This document shows positions 54,474-64,000 of a stretch of 64,000 nt of DNA, piece by piece. The DNA comes from Myxococcota bacterium (GTDB taxonomy: Bacteria > Myxococcota_A > Polyangia > Nannocystales > Nannocystaceae): the NCBI GenBank assembly GCA_039028615.1, contig JBCCHT010000024.1:144014-208013 (forward strand), given 5' to 3'. The first letter of the stretch is position 1, and each line of letters opens with the position of its first letter. Both the position numbers and the translations under genes were made by a program. The notes under the pieces were generated by a model. It worked only from the letters and a program-made list of their open reading frames with translations. It was not told the DNA's origin and did not search any database.

Positions 54474-54558
54474 GGGCGCTCCGTTGACGCTCCGAGCCTA
54501 GGAGGCGTGGGGCGGGGGTGCTTGACCGATCGTGCTCGATTGCCGGACCGGATCGCGG

Positions 54559-57252
<2,694 letters not shown>

Positions 57253-57361
57253 CCGTTCATGATACGTCGACACTGGGCGCGTCCGCGCGCGCGAGCACGG
57301 GGTGCCGAAATCGCATCCCTTCACCCTGGACCCGACTGTGACCCCGTGGCAGCGTCGGAGC

Positions 57362-58978
57362 ATGAACCTGATGGCTTGGCGTGGATGGTGTTCGATGGTG
57401 GCGATTACGGCGTTGGCGGGCTGTCCCGGGGACGATGCCGGAGGGACGAGCGAAGCGGACTCGACATCGACGAGCACCGGATCGACCGACGATGGACCCG
57501 CGCTCACGACCGGGGAGCAGACGAGTACGACCACCACCGCGACGGGATCGACCACCACCGACGCGACCGGGAGCTCGTCCTCGGACGGAGCTTCGGGGGA
57601 CGAGACCGACACCCTCGGGTGCGTCCCGGGGACGGAGGACTGCGAGTGTGCCGGGGGAGCCTGTGACCCCGGCCTGGCGTGTGTCGACGACCAGTGCGTC
57701 TCCCCCGTATGCGGAGACGGCGTGGCCCAGGGCCCCGAGGCGTGCGACGACGGCAACATGGCGCCCGGCGACGGCTGCAGCGAGATGTGCGAGGCCGAAG
57801 TGCCCGCGCAGGTCGAGGTCGGCCTGTGGCACTCGTGCGTCGTGTTCTCCACCGGGTCGGTGCGCTGCTGGGGGCGTCACGAGGGCGAGCGCTTGGGCAA
57901 CGGCGCGACCGAGCCCATCGGCGACGACGAGCCGGCCGGGGCTTCGGCCCTAGTGTCGCTGGGCGGTGAGGCCACGCAGGTGAGCATCGGTGCGGCGCAC
58001 TCGTGTGCGGTGCTCGAGTCGGGCGCGGTGCGCTGCTGGGGCTCGGGTGCGTCCGGTCGCTTGGGCTACGGCGATACCGACGACGTCGCGCTGCCCTCCG
58101 ACGCCGGCGACGTACCCCTGGGCGGGGCGGCCGTGCAGGTGAGCGCAGGCGAAGACCACACCTGCGTGGTGCTCGATACGGGCGCGGTGCGGTGCTGGGG
58201 CGCGGGCGGATCGGGCCGCTTGGGATACGGGAACTTCGACACGATCGGCGACGACGAAGACCCGTCGACGGCCGGAGACGTCGACCTGGGCGGCACCGCG
58301 GTGCAGGTCGTCGCGGCCAGTAGCTTCACCTGCGCATTGCTGGACGACGGCGCGGTGCGGTGCTGGGGCTCGGGTCCGGGGACGGGCTATGGCACGGGGC
58401 TCATCATCGGCGACGACGAGACGCCCGCCTCGGTCGGGGACGTGCCCATGGGCGGGAGCGTGGACCAAATCGCTGGGGCAGGCGGCAACGGAGGCGGCCG
58501 AATCTGTGCGCTCATGAGCACGGGTAGCGTGCGGTGCTGGGGTTCTTCAGCCTTCTCTCCGCTCGGCTACGGCGACTACAACGACATCGGGCTGCTCGAC
58601 ACTCCGGCCGATGCGGGGGACATCGACTTGGGTGGGACGGCGGTCGAGGTCGCGGTGGGCCCCTTCCACCAGTGTGCGCGCCTCGATTCGGGCTCGATGC
58701 GGTGCTGGGGCCTCGGCAGTCGCGGACGCCTGGGTTATGCCAATACCGACGACGTCGGTGGCTTCGGGCTGCTCCCGGCGGGGGCGGGCGACATCGACGT
58801 GGGCGCGGACGTGCTGGCCATCTCCGCTCGCGGCGGCGCGGGGACCTGTGCGCTGGTGGTCGGCGACGCGGTGCGGTGCTGGGGCGGGGACACCTTCGGT
58901 GCCCATGGCTACGGATTCACGGGGGACATCGGCGACAACGAGACGCCGTCTACCGTGGGGGACCTGCCCGTGTTCTAG
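57362..58978 (+). CDS. Lipoprotein with Myxococcus Cys-rich repeat and RCC1/BLIP-II beta-propeller
   Basis: Lipobox LAGC, CGDGV...EACDDGN..GDGCS..C, and seven G(S/A)VRCWG-type repeats. Confidence 0.9.
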   Translation: MNLMAWRGWCSMVAITALAGCPGDDAGGTSEADSTSTSTGSTDDGPALTTGEQTSTTTTATGSTTTDATGSSSSDGASGDETDTLGCVPGTEDCECAGGACDPGLACVDDQCVSPVCGDGVAQGPEACDDGNMAPGDGCSEMCEAEVPAQVEVGLWHSCVVFSTGSVRCWGRHEGERLGNGATEPIGDDEPAGASALVSLGGEATQVSIGAAHSCAVLESGAVRCWGSGASGRLGYGDTDDVALPSDAGDVPLGGAAVQVSAGEDHTCVVLDTGAVRCWGAGGSGRLGYGNFDTIGDDEDPSTAGDVDLGGTAVQVVAASSFTCALLDDGAVRCWGSGPGTGYGTGLIIGDDETPASVGDVPMGGSVDQIAGAGGNGGGRICALMSTGSVRCWGSSAFSPLGYGDYNDIGLLDTPADAGDIDLGGTAVEVAVGPFHQCARLDSGSMRCWGLGSRGRLGYANTDDVGGFGLLPAGAGDIDVGADVLAISARGGAGTCALVVGDAVRCWGGDTFGAHGYGFTGDIGDNETPSTVGDLPVF

Positions 58979-60420
58979 CCCTCGGGGAGCGCGGGCGCAG
59001 GCGGCTCGGTCGAGGTCGTACGGGCGAACAGCAGCCACAGCACGACCCCGCACAGGGCGAAACCGGCGAAGCGTGCGAAGAGCAGGTCGCCCACCAGCCA
59101 CAGCCAGCCCTCGTAGGCGGCGAAGGTCAGGGCGATGCCACCGATGCGCACGGCGGTCTTCAACGCACGGCGAGGTCGATCCTCGAAGGTGGCCGGTCGG
59201 TCGGTCCCCGCCCGCATCGGTACGGTGGTGGTCCTCGGTCGGGCGACGACGGTTCGTGGCTTGCTCGTCCAACCGCCGGGCGGCAGCGCCCGGGGATCGG
59301 CGCCGCGCATGAACTCGGCGACGTCGCGCCACATGGCGTCGAACTGCGCTCGCCCGAAGGTGGAGCCGCTCACGAGCACGTCGCGGTGCTCGGGCGGGCG
59401 CTGGTCGTCGGTGAAGTGACCCACGACGTCGAGGTGATCACCCGCGGCGGTATGCACCAGCTCGCCCCAGACCTGGGAGAGGGTGGGCACGACCCCGTCG
59501 CTGTCGGTCCAGTCGACCGAGTGCTCGAACGCGGCGGAGACCTCTCGCCAGCGGGCGGCATCGAAGGCTCGCGAGCGCGTGGCCGGGGTGCGGGCGGCGA
59601 TCTGGTGAATCACGGTGTAGAGCGCGGACGAGGTCTGGCTGCCCGGGTGCACCCCGGCCTGGATGACATTGGACAGCCCCGGTCGCGGGGAGCGGGCCAC
59701 CACGCAGCCGTAGCGCACCCCGGGTCGATCGTTGGTCGAGGCGTTGAACAGCTCGATGCCTTCGGGAGCGAGCTGGGGCACCAGGGCCTGGTCTTCGCCC
59801 ATGCGCTCGAGCATGCGACGCAGCGGACCGCGTTCGTCCTCGGGCAGGGCATCGAGCAGCTCTCCCCCGGCAGGCGCCAAGGCCAGCTGCGGGGAGCCGC
59901 CGCGGGTCATTCGCGACAGCAGGCCGAGCAGGCGCTCGGCGAGCTCGACCGGAAGCTGGGTCGCTCGCAGAGCCGTGGCTGCGCCCTGAGAGCCGAGCCG
60001 TAGCAGTCGCTGGGCGGCGAGGCCATCGAAGAACGACGCCAGCGGGGTGCCGTGGTGCGGGGTGGCCACGGTGACCAGGCTGCGAACTCGGCTGGCGATC
60101 GACTCGAGGTCGAAGTCGACGGGCAGCGACGCTCCCGGGGTCAGCAACAGGCGCGAGTCGAGGCCGCCCGTGGAGTGGGCGACGAGGTGAATCGGTCGGT
60201 CGTCATCGCCCGCGTGGGTGTGGATGGCGGTCGCCAATTGCGTGGCCCGCTCCCGTAGCGAGGCACAGGGGTGGATCTCGACCCGCACGATGGTCGGCTC
60301 GGGGCCGAGCGACGCGCTGGCTTGCAATCGCTCGCCGACCCGACGGAAGTACTCGAATCGCCCGAGATCGACGAAGCCGAGAAAACCCGGGACCATGAAC
60401 ACGTACGGGGGGCCGGACAT
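58975..60420 (-). CDS. Alpha/beta-hydrolase (triacylglycerol lipase-like) with C-terminal TM helices
   Basis: VPGFLGF oxyanion motif, AHSTGG nucleophile, ATPHHGT, SDGVVP, DHLDVVG. Confidence 0.85.
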   Translation of the reverse strand: MSGPPYVFMVPGFLGFVDLGRFEYFRRVGERLQASASLGPEPTIVRVEIHPCASLRERATQLATAIHTHAGDDDRPIHLVAHSTGGLDSRLLLTPGASLPVDFDLESIASRVRSLVTVATPHHGTPLASFFDGLAAQRLLRLGSQGAATALRATQLPVELAERLLGLLSRMTRGGSPQLALAPAGGELLDALPEDERGPLRRMLERMGEDQALVPQLAPEGIELFNASTNDRPGVRYGCVVARSPRPGLSNVIQAGVHPGSQTSSALYTVIHQIAARTPATRSRAFDAARWREVSAAFEHSVDWTDSDGVVPTLSQVWGELVHTAAGDHLDVVGHFTDDQRPPEHRDVLVSGSTFGRAQFDAMWRDVAEFMRGADPRALPPGGWTSKPRTVVARPRTTTVPMRAGTDRPATFEDRPRRALKTAVRIGGIALTFAAYEGWLWLVGDLLFARFAGFALCGVVLWLLFARTTSTEPPAPALPEG

Positions 60421-60602
60421 CGTGCGAGGTTCCGAAGCGGGAGATACTAGCGGAGTTCGCCGCGCGGTATCGTTCCGCCCACCCTAAGTGCTCGACCTGC
60501 GCCGCTTCTATTCGGCGAGGCGCAGGATTTGATTGTGCGCCTGGGTACGCGCCGGGCGAAGACCCGCCCGGCTGCGACCCATGGCTGCGGCAGCTGCGTC
60601 GA

Positions 60603-61565
60603 TCAGCAGCTGTCGTCGTTGCCCGACGTGGTCGAGTGCTTCTCGTCGCCGAGGAACTGCAGCGCAGCGCCTACCGCGTTGACGCTCGACAGGCACAGGC
60701 TGGGATTGTCGCGCACGGCGAAGAATCCGCCGATGCCCACCAGGGCCGCGAGGCCGTCGATGTTGAGCAGCGAGTCGTTCTCGGAGACGCTCAGGGAGCC
60801 GAAGATGAACGCCAGCGCGGTGAACCCGCTGAGCGACTGAGCCGATGCGTTGTCGCGGATGATGAGCGAGGGCCGCGAGATGCACTCGACGCCCGCGGGC
60901 GACGCGGGGCAGTCGCCCGGCTCGCCCTGCTCGCCGATGTCGGCGATGCCATTGAACCCGTTGATGTTCTGCAGCAGCGGGTTGTTCGAGATCGAGATCG
61001 ACCCCTTGCCCGTGTCCCAACCGTTGGGGTTGGTGGGCGTGGGCGTGGCCATGGGCAGGCGACCGATCTTCGTGAGGTTGTCGGTCCCGCTCATGTCCAG
61101 CAGGAACTGATTGTTGAAGATCGTGATGTTGCCGTGGATCTCGGTGAGACACGACATGAAATCGAGGTTCGAGTAGTTCGTGGAGTCGACGATGAAGTCG
61201 CCGGTCACGATGGCGATGCCGTTGAGCTGCGCGATGTCCTCGTCGCTCTCGATCGCGATGCCGCTGTTGAGGGTCTCACCGGCGCCGCAATCGACGGCGG
61301 GAGGCTCCACGCCATCGGTGGGATCGACCGCGGTGTCCTCGGCCGAGTCCGTGCCCGAGCCCGAGTCGGCGACCATGCCCGTGTCCGTGGCCTGGGAGCC
61401 GGAGCCCGAGTCCGCCGGAGTGGCTGCCGTGGCGTCGCCCCCGTCGCTGGTCGCAGCCTCCGTGGTCGCGTCTCCGCCCCCATCGTCACCGCAACCGAGC
61501 ATCGTCAGCGAAGCAAAGCAAAGCCCACAGACAACCCGCGCAGTTCCAAGATTTGTAAGTTTCAA
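60603..61565 (-). CDS. Lipoprotein with receptor L-domain-like repeats
   Basis: AGGAG RBS before TTG, lipobox MLGC, repeats 'L..I.G.L.I..N..L..I.G'. Confidence 0.8.
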   Translation of the reverse strand: MKLTNLGTARVVCGLCFASLTMLGCGDDGGGDATTEAATSDGGDATAATPADSGSGSQATDTGMVADSGSGTDSAEDTAVDPTDGVEPPAVDCGAGETLNSGIAIESDEDIAQLNGIAIVTGDFIVDSTNYSNLDFMSCLTEIHGNITIFNNQFLLDMSGTDNLTKIGRLPMATPTPTNPNGWDTGKGSISISNNPLLQNINGFNGIADIGEQGEPGDCPASPAGVECISRPSLIIRDNASAQSLSGFTALAFIFGSLSVSENDSLLNIDGLAALVGIGGFFAVRDNPSLCLSSVNAVGAALQFLGDEKHSTTSGNDDSC

Positions 61566-61800
61566 GGTGATCTCCTGCCGATTCGAAGCCGGTGCACCCT
61601 ACGCTAGCCCCGACCCCGACCGGCATGCAACCTCTTGTGGTTCGACGTTCGGCCCGAAGCGTTGCGAGCGCGACCCCGTCGGTGTGAGCGAGGTCCGCCC
61701 TGACCTAGATCGGGTCGGGGGCGTGGCGGTCTTCGCAGTGCGGTCATGGCCCCTGGAACTAGGGGATGGCGCGGGCCGGCGGTGTCTCTATTGTGATTGG

Positions 61801-62178
61801 ATGTCGGCCAAGCTTCCCAGCATCGTGCATCCCTTTTCACGGCGAGCGTCGTCGCCGACCACGTCGGCGGGGATCGGCCCCATGACCTGCGTGGGCTGCC
61901 GACAGATCCGCCAAGAGCAGTTCAATTCCGATCAACACGGGCTCTGCCGCGGTGAAGACGACGAGCCGTGCGTGCCCGTGCGCGGCCCCAACAACACGGA
62001 GCTGTGCATCGCTCGGGCGGACATCCAAGCCCTGCAGGAGCAAGCGCAGGACAACGTGTTGATCGCCGCGATGATCCAGCAGTTTCAAGTCGCGGCGGGG
62101 CGCGTGTGCGTGACCGACCGCGCGATCAAGGTGCCGGTCACGAACCTGGTGTCCGCCCCGATCAGCGTCAAAGGCTGA
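61801..62178 (+). CDS. Small hypothetical protein with several Cys (CVGC)
   Basis: GC3-biased 125-aa ORF filling the gap between two genes. Confidence 0.6.
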   Translation: MSAKLPSIVHPFSRRASSPTTSAGIGPMTCVGCRQIRQEQFNSDQHGLCRGEDDEPCVPVRGPNNTELCIARADIQALQEQAQDNVLIAAMIQQFQVAAGRVCVTDRAIKVPVTNLVSAPISVKG

Positions 62179-62181
62179 GCG

Positions 62182-63129
62182 TCACTTCTTGCGGCGGCGG
62201 AACAACGAGCGCAGCCCGGGGAGCAAGCCATCGGAGGAGGTCGGGTCCGTACCTGCCAACAAGGCGTCGGCGAACTCGAGCGCGGAGGCGTAGCGATCGT
62301 CGGGCTTCTTGTTGAGCGCCTTGGCGATCACGGCCTCGACGCCGCGGTCGACCTTGGCCTCGGGAGCCACCGCCGACATGCGGGGAATCTTCTCGCTGAC
62401 CTGGCTGAGCAACAGCGCGGCGGAGCGGTCGGACACGAAGGGGGTCCGCCCCGCGAGCATCTCGTACGCGATGATGCCGACGGCGTAGATGTCGGAGCGG
62501 GCGTCGATGGGGTCGCCGAGGCACTGCTCGGGAGACATGTACGCGGGCGTGCCCATGACCTGACCTTCGAGGGTCAGGGGCTTGGCCGGCGATCCGTCGT
62601 CGTTCTGCAGGACCTTGGCGATGCCGAAGTCGAAGACCTTGAGGAAGTCGTCGCTGCCCATGCGATGGACGCGGAAGACGTTCTCCGGCTTGACGTCGCG
62701 GTGGATGACGGCTTGGTTGTGGGCGGCCTGGAGCGCGGCGAGGATCTGCACCAGCATCGGCCGCGCCCGCTTCCAGGGCAGCTGGCCCTCGCGGCGCAGG
62801 GTGGACCCGAGGTCTTCGCCCTCGAGGAACTCCATCACGATGAAGGGGCGGCCGTCGTCGGTCTCGCCGAAGTCCGTCACCTCGACCACGTTCTCGTGGC
62901 GGACCTTCGAGGATGCGCGAGCCTCTTGTAGGAAGCGCACCACGATCGAGGGCTGGCGAGCGAGCTCCCGGACGAGCACCTTGATCGCGACGGGGCGAGC
63001 GATGGTCTCGTGCTCGCCGCGATAGACATGGGCCATGCCGCCGTCGCCGAGCAGCTCGTGGACGACGTAGTGCCGGGCGAGACGGGTACCGGGGGGCAGT
63101 ACCTCGGGCAGGGGGGGGCGGCTCACCAT
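62182..63129 (-). CDS. Soluble Ser/Thr protein kinase
   Basis: GDGGMA, VAIK, HRDVKPEN, DFG, SPE, SDIYAVG. No TM or TPR. Confidence 0.92.
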   Translation of the reverse strand: MVSRPPLPEVLPPGTRLARHYVVHELLGDGGMAHVYRGEHETIARPVAIKVLVRELARQPSIVVRFLQEARASSKVRHENVVEVTDFGETDDGRPFIVMEFLEGEDLGSTLRREGQLPWKRARPMLVQILAALQAAHNQAVIHRDVKPENVFRVHRMGSDDFLKVFDFGIAKVLQNDDGSPAKPLTLEGQVMGTPAYMSPEQCLGDPIDARSDIYAVGIIAYEMLAGRTPFVSDRSAALLLSQVSEKIPRMSAVAPEAKVDRGVEAVIAKALNKKPDDRYASALEFADALLAGTDPTSSDGLLPGLRSLFRRRKK

Positions 63130-63231
63130 GGTGTGCGGCTGGGACTCTAGCGCAGATCCGGGCCGGCTCGGATCGGGTGTCGCCGGACGTGAACCGGGCC
63201 GCACGGTGCCGAAGTGGCGGCATCGACGACC

Positions 63232-63260
63232 TTGACACCCCCCAGATGCCCGGCTAGCTT
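63232..63260 (+). promoter_or_regulatory. sigma70-type promoter
   Basis: TTGACA (63232-63237), 17-nt spacer, TAGCTT (63255-63260). Confidence 0.7.
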
Positions 63261-63264
63261 GATT

Positions 63265-63653
63265 GTCGACCTCGGAGACGGGGTCGATTATGCGTGACTG
63301 ATACCGACACCCTTTGACGAGGGCACATCACCCAAGTTCGTCGCAACCGCCGAATTCGGCGTCGTAGCGCGATCTGGCGTGCATCTGCTCCCAGTGGGGT
63401 CGTCGACGGTCACGCGTCCATGCGCGTGTGCTTCGCAGCGGTGAAGCACGCGGCGGTGCGTGGTTTCGGCGGCGCGGTGCGACTGGGCAGCGGCTGCGAC
63501 ATCACTCGCATTCGGCATCGAATCGGGGGCGCGACGAGGACTCGTTCGACCCGCGGTGCGCCGCGTTCGGCACGAGACGGAACCGCTCGGTCTCGTGCTC
63601 GTCGTCGTCGCGTGGCGTTGCCGTGGCGTTGCCCACCGAAAGGACACGACACC
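63265..63653 (+). ncRNA. Candidate structured RNA / long 5' leader, family not recognised
   Basis: GAGA-tetraloop hairpin 63265-63288, rod-like stem 63290-63417, 12-bp hairpin 63425-63452, hairpin 63570-63598. Confidence 0.45.
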
Positions 63654-63950
63654 ATGCCGAAGACCCAAACCGACCCCACCCAGCCCATCGCCACCACCGC
63701 CCAGCCGCCCACCACCGAGGAGCAGCCGCCCGTGCCGTTCGTCGGTGCGAAACGATCCGCGTCGGCGGTCGCCGTGCCGACGACGATGCTCTCGTCGGAG
63801 GCGGCCCCCGCCACGGAGGCGACCGGGCCCCAGCGAAGAGCGCCGAACCCCGGCAAGCGGAAGCGCGCCGATTGGGAACGGGGACGAAAACGTGGAGGCC
63901 GGTCATCGTCGGTGGCTGGCCGCCGCTTCAACTCGCGTCATCGCGGCTGA
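63654..63950 (+). CDS. Small low-complexity protein with Arg/Gly/Lys-rich C-terminus
   Basis: AAAGGA RBS at 63639-63644. 98 aa ending GKRKRADWERGRKRGGRSSSVAGRRFNSRHRG. Confidence 0.6.
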   Translation: MPKTQTDPTQPIATTAQPPTTEEQPPVPFVGAKRSASAVAVPTTMLSSEAAPATEATGPQRRAPNPGKRKRADWERGRKRGGRSSSVAGRRFNSRHRG

Positions 63951-64000
63951 AACCGGCCGCGGGCCGGCGGGGGGGGGGCCCCGGCGCCCCCCCCCCCCCC

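Noticed and set aside
63290..63417. ZTP riboswitch or SRP RNA identity for the rod structure
   Set aside because: The ZTP GACUGGCG and 3' GCCUGGGC-type elements and the SRP CAGG..GGAA..AGCAG core are absent.
63951..64000. G-run/C-run tract as a terminator or G-quadruplex
   Set aside because: Homopolymer runs at the window end look like low-quality contig-end sequence, and there is no U-tract.

Overview
High-GC, gene-dense chromosomal segment. The gene content (membrane Ser/Thr kinase-TPR receptors, DUF1592/DUF1552 pair, Cys-rich lipoproteins, Myxococcus Cys-rich repeat) points to a myxobacterium, probably Nannocystaceae-like; this is inference. About 47 CDS are supportable. I found no rRNA, tRNA, CRISPR array, integrase or transposase. 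Signalling and export dominate: seven Hanks-type kinase genes (six kinase-TM-Cys domain-TPR receptors, one of them a clear pseudokinase, plus one soluble kinase), three ECF sigma factors with three different apparent control modes, and many exported proteins (G8/CEMIP-like, RCC1, receptor-L, trypsin, beta-propeller). Other content: a LodA/LodB CTQ oxidase pair, two convergent monohaem-cytochrome/Tat gene pairs, and an ECF/anti-sigma/HemN-like radical SAM/MFS/DUF418/ABC-F operon. The best candidates for undescribed biology are (1) the repeated head-to-head 'receptor kinase / exported protein' module, (2) the ECF-controlled radical SAM-exporter-ABC-F operon, (3) a highly structured RNA of about 390 nt behind a near-consensus sigma70 promoter at the right end, and (4) a 1116-aa acidic-repeat/Cys-rich/multi-TM protein. 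All family calls come from motif recognition by eye, not database searches, and many start codons are best guesses.
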